A DNA stretch of 44,146 nt from Alphaproteobacteria bacterium (GCA_029979185.1 JAPOIA010000003.1:1-44146), one strand, 5' to 3'. Shown: positions 21,204 through 30,482, counted from the stretch's first letter. Made by a program: numbers and translations. Notes: generated by a model from the letters alone, not told the origin.

Positions 21204-22365
21204 CGCCCGGACCTCCGCAACTTACTTCGCATGTCGCCGGGCGCTCGCGCGCCTTGAAAGTTACAAGCGGCTTCAGGGTTGCAACCCGCGCCACAAGCCC
21301 ATGCGATTCAAGGTCGCCGATGACCTTGCCGCTGTCCTTGTAGGCCTCCCCTGCTTCCTCTGCCAGTAGCGCCTTGTCCTCGCAAATGACATAGCCGCCG
21401 AAAGGATTGCGCTGCAGACGGGCAAGATCGGACTTGCTGTTTCCAGCTCGCGCCCGCGCAGACGCCCGGTCGTACTTCCGGCCGGATCCATGCGATACTG
21501 TCAGCATGGCATGCGCTCCGCCGGTCCAGCGTACAAGGTGGCTGAGCGTTGCCCGCGAGCCGGCAATCGGAACAAGGCTCGACGACGCACGCGTGACGGT
21601 TGCCGCACCCTTGCGATGCAGGATTGCGCCATCATGCACCTCCAGCAAGTTATGGGGAGCATCGACGATCAATCGCGGTTCCATTCGCAAGGCCTTCGCC
21701 GCTCGCTCGGCAATGATCTGCCGGTTAAGCGTTGCCCATCGCACGGCTGCGTCATGCCTTTGCCGATATTGCACGGCCTGATCACCTGCCGGGTCGAGAC
21801 TGACGAGCCCGTCGCGCAGAACGTCCTCCAGAATCGCATTGCCGAGACCGCGCGATCCGGAATGCACCAACAGGCAGAGACTGTCCTTCTGCAACCCTTG
21901 CGCTTCCAAGGCATTGCTGTCGAAAACATCGCCGACGGCCTGCACTTCACAGAAGTGATTGCCGCCGCCGACCGTGCCGAGGACACCCGCAAAGCCGGCT
22001 TCTGCAAGTCCGGCCTGCGCCAGGCGCGCCTGCGCGTCGCCGTCCCAGCTTTCGCCAAGACCACGCAGCCTTTCGGCGGCCTTGTCGAGGCGCAGCCGCC
22101 GGGCAGGTTCGTCCAGAGCGAAAAGCGCCATGCCGCAGCTGATATCCGAGCCTACCAGCTCGGGACGGATGGTTCTGGACAATATGGCGCAGCCGACCGG
22201 TCCGTATTTCCCCGGATGCAGGTCCGGCATGGCCGCCACGGAAATCGTTTCGGGATGATCGGCAACCTGGTTGAGCTGATCGACGGCAGAACCCTCGATC
22301 CAGGCGTTTTCAGAATAAAAAGTATGAACCGGCGCGCGGCCGGTGCGTTCGGGATTATTGCCCAT
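21025..22365 (-). CDS. rtcB: RNA ligase RtcB family protein (PrfH-linked RtcB2); as sequenced its 3' end runs 179 nt into prfH
   Basis: MPDLHPGKY.P.G, DISCG, GTVGGGNHF, VHSGSRGLG, PHN, HRKGA, SHGSGRK and EAYK. Family-like sequence ends at LKPLVTFK near 21255; the expected stop is near 21200. Confidence 0.9.
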   Translation of the reverse strand: MGNNPERTGRAPVHTFYSENAWIEGSAVDQLNQVADHPETISVAAMPDLHPGKYGPVGCAILSRTIRPELVGSDISCGMALFALDEPARRLRLDKAAERLRGLGESWDGDAQARLAQAGLAEAGFAGVLGTVGGGNHFCEVQAVGDVFDSNALEAQGLQKDSLCLLVHSGSRGLGNAILEDVLRDGLVSLDPAGDQAVQYRQRHDAAVRWATLNRQIIAERAAKALRMEPRLIVDAPHNLLEVHDGAILHRKGAATVTRASSSLVPIAGSRATLSHLVRWTGGAHAMLTVSHGSGRKYDRASARARAGNSKSDLARLQRNPFGGYVICEDKALLAEEAGEAYKDSGKVIGDLESHGLVARVATLKPLVTFKARERPATCEVSCGGPGDDQTSDHQWTRAGGMPARARPCPEANAAGGFCSQFGYGRRIGRRAGQAWPRFGNRHPVW

Positions 22366-22514
22366 GTGGGAATAGTCTTTCGAGATTTCGACCGCGCGCA
22401 TCCACGGCGGCAAGCCATACGGCATTGCTCCGGAAACAGCGTCGATATGTCAGGAGGCCTGCTCCGGCGTGCCGGGAGCAAGCAATATCCTGTCCTTCCG
22501 CAACGCGGATAGGA

Positions 22515-22556
22515 TCAGAATGAACCCCGGGCCGGGGCGCGCAAGGTATGCGTCAT
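22515..22556 (-). CDS. Putative leader peptide (MTHTLRAPARGSF*) upstream of rtcB2-prfH
   Basis: AAGGGGA Shine-Dalgarno (22570-22564) 7 nt before ATG; 13 codons; UGA stop embedded in a hairpin. Confidence 0.5.
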   Translation of the reverse strand: MTHTLRAPARGSF

Positions 22557-22753
22557 GGCGATGTCCCCTTCTCTCGATGACTGAGCGGCCAGCCTGTCGC
22601 AAAACAATATGGCCGCAAAATGTCTGGCTGCGCACGTTGACCTTCCCGATATTGCGCGGGCATCGCCATTGTGCACCGGCCTTATTTCATGGAAGATGGC
22701 AACAGGATGTGACAAATGTAACAGACAGCCGAAGCAGGCTGCCGGGAGGAAAC

Positions 22754-23779
22754 ATGCTGCTGCCTACGACCATGGTTGGTTCCTATGCACAGCCGGACTG
22801 GCTGATCGATCGTACAAAACTGAGCCTGCGGGCGCCGCCGCGCATCCGGGCAAAAGAGTTGTGGCGGATCGACGAGGAATTTCTGGAGCAAGCGCAGGAC
22901 GATGCAACCATGCTGGCCATTCGCGACCAGGAGAGCGCCGGCGTCGATATCCTGACCGACGGAGAAATGCGCCGCGAAAGCTATTCCAACCGTTTCGCGA
23001 CCGCGCTGGAGGGTGTGGATGCGGAAAATCCCGCCATCGTCCCGAGCCGCACCGGAAAGCCGGACATGGTGCCGCGCGTGATCGGTCCGATCCGCCGTAA
23101 ATATCCTGTCGAGGTGCGCGACGTGCAGTTTCTGCGGACCAATACGAACAGGAAAATCAAGATCACCGTACCCGGCCCGTTCACCATGTCGATCCAGGCG
23201 AAGGATTTTCACTACAACGACGAGGTGGCCGTCGCGATGGCCTATGCCGCCGCGGTCAATGAGGAAATCAAGGACCTCTTCGCTGCCGGCGCCGACATTG
23301 TGCAAATCGACGAGCCCTATATGCAGGCCCGCCCCGACCAGGCGCGCGCTTTTGGCGTCGATGCCATCAACCGCGCACTGGAGGGGGTTTCCGGCACTAC
23401 CGGCGTGCATCTTTGCTTCGGATATGCCGCGCTGGTGAAAAACAAGCCGGAAGGCTATTCCTTCCTCGCCGAGCTGGAGAACAGCAAGGCTGACTACGTG
23501 TCCATCGAAACCGCGCAGCCGGTTCTCGATCTGGCGATTCTGGAAAAACTGCCGTCCAAGACAATCGTGGTCGGTGTCATTGATCTCAGTACGAACGAAA
23601 TCTAAACCCCGGAAATAGTTGCCGAGCGTATCAAACGGATTTTCCCGCATGTTCCTGCAGAGCGCGTCATCGTGGCCCCCGACTGCGGCATGAAATACCT
23701 GCCGAGGGACGTGGCCTATGAAAAACTGAAAGCGATGGTGGACGGAACGCGCATGGTTCGCGCGAGCCTCGACAAATGA
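22754..23779 (+). pseudogene. Short cobalamin-independent methionine synthase-like (MetE catalytic domain) gene with an in-frame TAA at 23603-23605
   Basis: PTTMVGSY, TDGEMRRESY, PGPFT, QIDEP and HLC precede the stop. The same frame continues TPEIVAERI...APDCGMKYL...KLKAMV to TGA at 23777-23779. Confidence 0.85.
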
Positions 23780-23828
23780 TCCCGCATAAACCCCAAAAAA
23801 CCGCACGATTATTGCCGGAGTTCTCTCG

Positions 23829-25010
23829 ATGAGTGCAGACAATCTGCCGCTGTCCCATATCAAGGTACTGGACCTGACGCGCGTTCGGGCTGGACCTGCC
23901 TGCGTGCGCCAGTTCGCCGACTGGGGAGCAGACTGCATCAAGATCGAGATGACAGGCGATGCAGGAGACGGATATTCCGATGGCCGCGACAAGGGTGATT
24001 TTCAGAATCTGCACCGCAACAAGCGCAGCATGAAGCTCAATCTGAAAGCACCGGAAGGCAAGAAGATCTTCATGGCGCTGGCGAAGGATGCAGACGTCAT
24101 CGTCGAGAACTACCGGCCGGATGTGAAGAACAGGCTTGGAATAGCCTATGACGATGTTGCGGCGATCAATCCACGCATCATCTATGCCAGCATCTCCGGC
24201 TTCGGCCAGGACGGACCTTACGCCAACCGTCCGGGCGTCGACCAGATTGCACAGGGCATGAGCGGCCTCATGTCCATCACCGGCGCACCGGGCGAAGGGC
24301 CGATGCGGGCGGGTGCAGCCCTCGGTGACATGAGCGCGGGTGTCTTTGCGGCACTCGGCATCATGATGGCCATCATCGAGCGGGAAAAATCCGGCAAGGG
24401 CCAATGGCTGCATACGTCGCTGCTGGAAGCCCTGACGACCATGCTGGATTTTCAGGCCGCTGCCTGGCTGTTCGACGGACATGTGCCGGGACAGGCCGGC
24501 AACAATCATCCGAAATCGATCCCGACCGGCGCCTTCAGGACACAGGATGGCCATATCAATATCGGCGCGGCTGGCGATATCTCCTGGCAGCGGCTAGGCA
24601 AGGCGCTCAAGAAGGACGAGTTCTTCAACAACCCGGCCTATGCCGACGGCGAGGGACGGCTGGCGCATCGCGATACGATCAATGCCGGCCTTGAAGAGAT
24701 ATTCATGACCCAGCCCAGCAAACACTGGGTCGACCTGCTGAACGAGGCGGGTATTCCCTGCGGGCCCATCTACAAGATGGATCAGGTATTCGACGATCCG
24801 CAGATGAAACATCTGGGGCTGGCGGTGGATGTGGAGCATCCGGTTATCGGCAAGCGCCAGATCGTCGGGCAACCAGTCCATATGTCCCGCACGCCGTGGC
24901 AGATGCGTTCGATAACGCCGGAAGCGGGCGAGCATACGCGCGAAATCCTGCAGGACCTTGGATATTCGGAAGCCGACATAGACGCGCTCTATGCCGAAGG
25001 CGTGGTATAG
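23829..25010 (+). CDS. CaiB/BaiF family III CoA-transferase
   Basis: VLDLTRVRAGP, GADCIKIE, RNKRS, ENYRP, ISGFGQDGP, D..AQGMSGLM and GEHT. Confidence 0.92.
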   Translation: MSADNLPLSHIKVLDLTRVRAGPACVRQFADWGADCIKIEMTGDAGDGYSDGRDKGDFQNLHRNKRSMKLNLKAPEGKKIFMALAKDADVIVENYRPDVKNRLGIAYDDVAAINPRIIYASISGFGQDGPYANRPGVDQIAQGMSGLMSITGAPGEGPMRAGAALGDMSAGVFAALGIMMAIIEREKSGKGQWLHTSLLEALTTMLDFQAAAWLFDGHVPGQAGNNHPKSIPTGAFRTQDGHINIGAAGDISWQRLGKALKKDEFFNNPAYADGEGRLAHRDTINAGLEEIFMTQPSKHWVDLLNEAGIPCGPIYKMDQVFDDPQMKHLGLAVDVEHPVIGKRQIVGQPVHMSRTPWQMRSITPEAGEHTREILQDLGYSEADIDALYAEGVV

Positions 25011-25022
25011 GATCAAACATCG

Positions 25023-25802
25023 ATGCAGCTATCAAGCGACAAGATGATCGCCCGAAAGGATGACGGCATCGGCTGGGTGATTTTCAACAATCCGCAAAAG
25101 CACAACGCGCTTACCCACGACATGCGCAAGGCGCTATTGGAAATATTCGACGCCTATGACGCGGACGACGAGGTTCGCGTGATTGTGCTGAAGGGCGCAG
25201 GCGAGAAAGCCTTTGTCTCCGGCGCCGATATTTCGCAATTCGACGAAGGCGACCGGGAAGCGCGCGAGGACGTATCACATCGGGCCTGGGCGCGCTATGG
25301 CCAATCGCCGAAGCCGGTTATCGCGATGATCCATGGCTATTGCCTGGGCGGCGGACTGCTGGTCGCCCTGAATGCCGATCTGCGCATTGCATCGGAAGAT
25401 GCGCAGTTGGGCGTCCCGGCGGCGCGGCTCGGCATTGCCTATCCCTATGACGGCGTGCGCAAGCTGGTCGATTCCGTTGGCCCCATCAAGGCGAAGGAAA
25501 TCCTCTTCACAGGACAGCGCTACAGCGGCGCACAGGCGGCAAGCATGGGCCTTGTAAACGAAGTTGTGCCTCTGGCAGAGCTGGAAAACAGGGTGCGCGC
25601 CATCGCCGATGTGATGCGGAACAACGCCCCGCTCTCCATGCGCGCGTCCAAGACCCTTGTCGATGAAATCTGCAAGTCGCCTGAGGATCGAGACATGGCT
25701 GCCTGCGAGGCAATCGCGCTGATCTGCGCCAACAGCGAGGATCTTGCCGAGGGCAAGCTGGCATTCAAGGAAAAGCGGCGGCCTGTTTTCAAGGGCAGAT
25801 AA
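25023..25802 (+). CDS. Enoyl-CoA hydratase/isomerase (crotonase family)
   Basis: AFVSGADI, KPVIAMIHGYCLGGG, ADLRIAS and AFKEKRRPVFKGR. Confidence 0.92.
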   Translation: MQLSSDKMIARKDDGIGWVIFNNPQKHNALTHDMRKALLEIFDAYDADDEVRVIVLKGAGEKAFVSGADISQFDEGDREAREDVSHRAWARYGQSPKPVIAMIHGYCLGGGLLVALNADLRIASEDAQLGVPAARLGIAYPYDGVRKLVDSVGPIKAKEILFTGQRYSGAQAASMGLVNEVVPLAELENRVRAIADVMRNNAPLSMRASKTLVDEICKSPEDRDMAACEAIALICANSEDLAEGKLAFKEKRRPVFKGR

Positions 25803-25803
25803 A

Positions 25804-26949
25804 TTACGCCTGCATCAGCAGCGCGCTGCCCAACCCGCCGGCGGCTGCGATGGCGGCTAGCCCTTGCGACCCCTTCGGACATGCCTGCAGTTCGTGAAAC
25901 AGGCGCACGGCCAGTATCGCTCCGGACGCTCCGATGGGATGTCCGCGCGACAGGGCACCGCCGCCGCGGTTTAACACATCCGGTGGCAACCGCAATACGT
26001 CGATGAACGCCATCGCCTGTACAGCAAAGGCCTCCATGATTTCGACCGCGAACAATGTCTGCGGGTCGATCCCGGTTTCCCGCAGCAATGTCTGCGCGAC
26101 ACTGATGGGAACAAGACCCGGACGCATTGGATCGCCGCCGCCGGAACGGCCGCGGACAATACGAACCGGCCGGCACTTGCTGACGCATTCTGCAAGAAGC
26201 CCATCGCTTGCCAGCAAAACGGCCGCGGCTGCATCGGCCTCCACCGCAACGGTTGCCGGCGTGAGGCCGGTATCTTCAACACCCGCCAGAAGCGGCAAGC
26301 GCCGGCAGGCGGCAGCTGACAGGTGACGCGAAAAGGCGTCCCGCGACAATCCGGCGATTTCGACAATTTCATTGCAGTTGCGATCCAAAGCGGCCATGGC
26401 CTTGCGATGGCTTTCGACGGCAAACTCTTCCTGCGCCTGACGCGGCGCTTCCCGTTCCGCCGCCAGCGCCGCGGCTGCCTCGATCATGTCCGGATCGGCG
26501 TCCGGCCAGGGCGTGAAGGGCGGCCGCAAATAGGGCGCTGGCGCCTCGCCCGGTTCGCGCGGACGCCGGGCCCGCAACGGCGAACGGCTATAACTTTCAA
26601 CGCCGCCGGCTATCACGAGATCGGCCTGACCTGATGCAATGAGCGAAGCGCCGAAGATGATCGCATCCAGCCCGGCGCAACACTGGCTGTCGAGCGTTAT
26701 TGCAGGAACGTTTCGATCCAGCCTCGCTGCGAGGGCTGCAACGCGCGCCGGATTGCCACCGCCATACAGGGCATTGCCCATCAGCACATGGTCTATCCGC
26801 CCTGCCGCGATATCGGTGTCCTGCAGGAGGGCAGAAATCACCGGAGCGGCGAGATCCGCCACTTCGATCTTGCCGAAGGCGCCGTTACGCGGGGCAACAG
26901 CGGTGCGGCGGGCCGCGAGAACATGAACATTGCGCAGCGAAGCACTCAT
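25804..26949 (-). CDS. Thiolase (acetyl-CoA acyltransferase) family protein
   Basis: GGNPAR, QCCAGL, AGGVES, MEAFA and GHPIGASG; ATGA overlap with the upstream ligase. Confidence 0.9.
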   Translation of the reverse strand: MSASLRNVHVLAARRTAVAPRNGAFGKIEVADLAAPVISALLQDTDIAAGRIDHVLMGNALYGGGNPARVAALAARLDRNVPAITLDSQCCAGLDAIIFGASLIASGQADLVIAGGVESYSRSPLRARRPREPGEAPAPYLRPPFTPWPDADPDMIEAAAALAAEREAPRQAQEEFAVESHRKAMAALDRNCNEIVEIAGLSRDAFSRHLSAAACRRLPLLAGVEDTGLTPATVAVEADAAAAVLLASDGLLAECVSKCRPVRIVRGRSGGGDPMRPGLVPISVAQTLLRETGIDPQTLFAVEIMEAFAVQAMAFIDVLRLPPDVLNRGGGALSRGHPIGASGAILAVRLFHELQACPKGSQGLAAIAAAGGLGSALLMQA

Positions 26950-28430
26950 GCCAGTGGCTCGCACAGGCCATCGGCCAGCCGTTGCTTCAGGGCAATGAGA
27001 TCTGTCTTGCCGGAGCGCGTCTGCGGCCAATCGCGCACGGTGAAATAAAGGCGCGGAACCTTGTACAGCGGCAGGTATTCTCGCGCACAGGCGATCAGCT
27101 GCGAGCGCGTAACGGCAGCGCCCTCCTGCAACTGGAGAACTGCTGCAATACGCGCGCCGCGCTTTGCATCCTCGACCGGAACAACAACGGCCGATGCAAT
27201 ACCGGGATGGTTCAACAGGACAGCCTCGATCTCCTCGGGAAAGAGGTTCTTTCCCGCCGTCACGATCATACGATCCCGGCGTCCGGCAAGAAACAGGAAA
27301 CCCCTGTCATCAAGGCAACCCATGTCGCCGACACTGAGAAAATCACCGGCGCGCCTGATACCGGTCTGTTGCTTTCCGCCGGCATAGCCATCGAAAACCA
27401 TGGGACTGCGCACAAAGACCTCGCCGGTCTGTCCTGCCGGAAGCGATTTGCCTGCCTCGTCCACTATCCGGATGTCGACGCCGGCAAAGGCGCGGCCGAC
27501 GGAACCCGGCGGCGGGCTTTCCTCTTCCCGCGCAACGGAAACGAAGCTGAGTTCGGAAGCGCCATAGAATTCGGCAAAGCCGGCCGACGGAAAATTGCGG
27601 CGCAGAATCTGCCGGTCCTCGCCACGCCATTTGGAACCCGATGAAATAACCCAGCGGAGACTACTGAAGACCTGTTCCTGCGGCACCTGCGCCAGCATCA
27701 TGAGTTGCGCCGGAACGGCATAAAGGAGCGAGGCGGTATGACGTTGCATCGCGGCGACAACCTGTGCCGGACGGAATGACCGGCTGATCACGGCGGTGGC
27801 GCCAATATGCAGGGCGTGGATCGCAGCATACAGGAACAGCGAGTGGGAGAGACTCCCTGGAGCAACGATCACATCATCGGTTGTATGGCCGAATTCGACA
27901 GCCTCGATTGCAAAACTCTCAGTCCATGAACGATGCGAACGGCGATAGCCCTTCGGCTTGCCCGTGGAGCCTGATGTATAGCCGATGTAAAAGGGCGCAT
28001 CGGGACTGACATCGGCCTGAAAATTCTTGTCAGTATTGCTGTAGAGCGCACGCAGGGAATCAAGCGGCCTGCGATCATCGAGCTCAACGCTTTCCGGGAA
28101 CCGCGTATCGCGCCCCGCCGCGACGAAGACGACAGCGCTATCATTGTCGATCAGTGTCTGCCGCACAATCCTGTCCGGCCATGCCGGATCAAACACCTGC
28201 GCCACCCGGCCGGTACGGGCGATTGCCAGAACCAGCACGGGCAGGGCAATGCTGTTCGGCATAACCAGGGCGATGCCGCAACCGGCCGGAACATTGGCCT
28301 CAAGCCAGAAGGAGACTGCATCCACCAGTTGCGCCAGATCGCGCCAGCTCAACGTTTCGCCATTGCATATAATCGCCGGCTTATCCGGGTGGCTGGCAGC
28401 ATGGCCGTGTATGTTTTCGCCGATCAGCAT
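26946..28430 (-). CDS. AMP-dependent acyl-CoA synthetase
   Basis: YTSGSTGKPKG, FYGASE, GDMG, GRRDRMI..GKN.FPEEIE and SGK. Confidence 0.92.
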   Translation of the reverse strand: MLIGENIHGHAASHPDKPAIICNGETLSWRDLAQLVDAVSFWLEANVPAGCGIALVMPNSIALPVLVLAIARTGRVAQVFDPAWPDRIVRQTLIDNDSAVVFVAAGRDTRFPESVELDDRRPLDSLRALYSNTDKNFQADVSPDAPFYIGYTSGSTGKPKGYRRSHRSWTESFAIEAVEFGHTTDDVIVAPGSLSHSLFLYAAIHALHIGATAVISRSFRPAQVVAAMQRHTASLLYAVPAQLMMLAQVPQEQVFSSLRWVISSGSKWRGEDRQILRRNFPSAGFAEFYGASELSFVSVAREEESPPPGSVGRAFAGVDIRIVDEAGKSLPAGQTGEVFVRSPMVFDGYAGGKQQTGIRRAGDFLSVGDMGCLDDRGFLFLAGRRDRMIVTAGKNLFPEEIEAVLLNHPGIASAVVVPVEDAKRGARIAAVLQLQEGAAVTRSQLIACAREYLPLYKVPRLYFTVRDWPQTRSGKTDLIALKQRLADGLCEPLA

Positions 28431-28434
28431 GGCG

Positions 28435-29001
28435 TCAGCCCGCATGGGAGCGATCTGGCATCTGGTCGCGCGGGAGTGCACTGGCAATCGATGCGGCTAT
28501 CACGGCCTTCAGAATATCGCCGGGAACAAAGGCCAGCACGGCATAAGCTGCCGACTGCAATTTCAGTCCTGCAACGAACGCAAGCCAGGGAATGCCTGCC
28601 GCGTATACGATGATAATCCCGCCGACAATCGCAGCTGTCAGCGTTTTGGCAAACATGTTTGCGAGCGGCAGTTTCTGCATGGTCAGGCCGGCGATCCATG
28701 CGCCCGGTATCCAGCCCAGCAGGAAGCCGCCGGTGGGCCCGAAGAATACACCAAGCCCACCGCGCCCGCCGGCCAGCAGCGGCATGCCAAGCGCCACGAT
28801 GAAGACGAACAGCAGGACTGCCAGAACTGCGTTGCGCGGCCCCAGGACAATCCCGGCCAGCATGACACCAAGCGTCTGTGCGGTTACCGGAACCCCCGCC
28901 GCGATCGGTATATCGAACTTCGGCAGCAGGCCGAGCGCAGCAATGAATGCCGCAAACAGGCAGATGCGCACGAAGTCGCGGGTCTGATAATGCGCACTCA
29001 T
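28435..29001 (-). CDS. bioY: Biotin transporter substrate-specific component BioY
   Basis: VPVTAQTLGVMLAG, GPTGGFLLG and FVPGDILKA. Confidence 0.92.
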   Translation of the reverse strand: MSAHYQTRDFVRICLFAAFIAALGLLPKFDIPIAAGVPVTAQTLGVMLAGIVLGPRNAVLAVLLFVFIVALGMPLLAGGRGGLGVFFGPTGGFLLGWIPGAWIAGLTMQKLPLANMFAKTLTAAIVGGIIIVYAAGIPWLAFVAGLKLQSAAYAVLAFVPGDILKAVIAASIASALPRDQMPDRSHAG

Positions 29002-29002
29002 C

Positions 29003-29626
29003 TCAGTTTCTTTTCCGGGGCGGCACGGATCGGGCATCGAAACCGCGGGCATCCAGCGCTTCGGCAACATGGTCGGCCATGCGGAAGGTATCGATCACAA
29101 AGATCTTGATCAGCATTGGCGAAATGCGCCGCGCTGTGCGCGCCTGCCATGCTTCGCGCCGCCGGGTCCACAGATCGAAGAGCACAGGCACAAAGCGGAT
29201 GACGAGCGCTATTGCCAAAGCAAGCCGGCGGCTGTCGAGGCCGATGCGTTCAAGCGGGCGCAGGACGGGCGTAATTGCATCCAGCATCTCCTGGACGGTC
29301 GTCGTCATGGTGACGAGATCAGCGAGAAGAATCATCAACAGCAATCGGCCTGCGGAAACAGCGGCCTGATTGTGTCCTTCCAGATACCATTGCAGCAGAT
29401 AGATGATTGCAAGCAGCGGAAACAGAGGGCGCAGATGCGTCAGGCGCTTCAGAGCTTGCCTTCCAAGAAGCGCATAGGCGCACAGGACGGCAGCAATGGC
29501 GAGGGCGAACATCCACCAGTCAGATTGCGCCAGGAAAAATGTTGCCGCTGCCAGCAGTGCGAGCAGCTTGAAACCCGCAGGCACGGCATGCAGCCAGGTT
29601 CGCGGATAAAGATGGCCGCCTATCAT
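29003..29626 (-). CDS. bioN: ECF transporter transmembrane (T) component BioN
   Basis: HAVPAGFKL, IRFVP, QAR and ALDARG (two XRX motifs); lies between bioM and bioY. Confidence 0.88.
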   Translation of the reverse strand: MIGGHLYPRTWLHAVPAGFKLLALLAAATFFLAQSDWWMFALAIAAVLCAYALLGRQALKRLTHLRPLFPLLAIIYLLQWYLEGHNQAAVSAGRLLLMILLADLVTMTTTVQEMLDAITPVLRPLERIGLDSRRLALAIALVIRFVPVLFDLWTRRREAWQARTARRISPMLIKIFVIDTFRMADHVAEALDARGFDARSVPPRKRN

Positions 29627-30411
29627 GAAACATCCGCCAGTTCTGACTCTCCGAGCACGCTGCGGCGATAGTCCGCGAGAATTCTGCCTGCAGCGCCATC
29701 GGCAACGACCCGGCCTCCATCCAGCCAGATGATCCGTTCGAAGCGCGCGAGCAAATCGAAATCGTGGCTGGCCATGATGACCTGTTGCGGCGCCGACAGG
29801 ATCTGCTTCGATATGGCCTTGCGTGTCGGCAGGTCGAGGCTGGCGAAAGGTTCATCGAGCAGCAATATCTGCGGTTGCATGGCCATGATGGCAAAAATGC
29901 AAAGCCGCTGCTTCTGGCCGTCGGACAGTTCCTGCACCGGCCTGTGCAACCAGTCGCTGCAGCCATTGGCGGCCAGAATGCCGGCTGCCTTTTTTTCGGC
30001 ATTGCGCGCGTCCGTGCCCGCTTCGCGCAGACCGAAGGCGATCTCCTCGCCTGCCGTCGGAAACAGTATCTGGTGCTCGGCATTCTGGAACAGAAAGCCG
30101 ACCAGCCGGGGCAGTTCCCTGCGATGCGCCTTTGTGTCGTAGCCGCAGACCGTGACCGATCCGCCATCGGGCAAGAGCAATCCGTTGATCAGCCGCAACA
30201 GCGAACTCTTCCCCGAGCCGTTGTTGCCTATAATGCCGATGCGCTGCTCCGGCAGGTCCAGCGACAATCCTTCAAATACAGCCGTTCCGCCACGCCGCAG
30301 CGACACATTGTCGAAGCGGACGCGACCGTTCAGCGGTTGGTTTGACGGGTCTTGCAAAGACAATGAGGCAACGCCGTTCAGGTTGGGACGATTTCCCGCA
30401 AGCCATATCAT
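29623..30411 (-). CDS. bioM: ECF transporter ATPase BioM
   Basis: GNNGSGKS, FQN, LSDGQKQR, LLLDEP and SHD. Start codon uncertain. Confidence 0.88.
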   Translation of the reverse strand: MIWLAGNRPNLNGVASLSLQDPSNQPLNGRVRFDNVSLRRGGTAVFEGLSLDLPEQRIGIIGNNGSGKSSLLRLINGLLLPDGGSVTVCGYDTKAHRRELPRLVGFLFQNAEHQILFPTAGEEIAFGLREAGTDARNAEKKAAGILAANGCSDWLHRPVQELSDGQKQRLCIFAIMAMQPQILLLDEPFASLDLPTRKAISKQILSAPQQVIMASHDFDLLARFERIIWLDGGRVVADGAAGRILADYRRSVLGESELADVS

Positions 30412-30482
30412 TTTTCCGATGCTTTTCACAAAGCACCTTTCGGCGCATAAGAAGCCAGACAAAAAGCTGGAGGAAACGAAAC

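Noticed and set aside
22490-22518. UGA plus hairpin read as a selenocysteine (SECIS) signal
   Set aside because: The readthrough product resembles no selenoprotein family I know and has no redox motif; kept only as a regulatory leader hypothesis.
22644-22661. CCCG-N8-CGGG upstream of the MetE-like gene as a second copy of the 16534 operator
   Set aside because: Spacing and half-site differ from CCCAC-N7-GTGGG; too weak in a GC-rich genome.
23603-23605. Programmed recoding of the MetE-like internal stop
   Set aside because: The codon is UAA at a conserved Glu position, one base from GAA; mutation or sequencing error is simpler.
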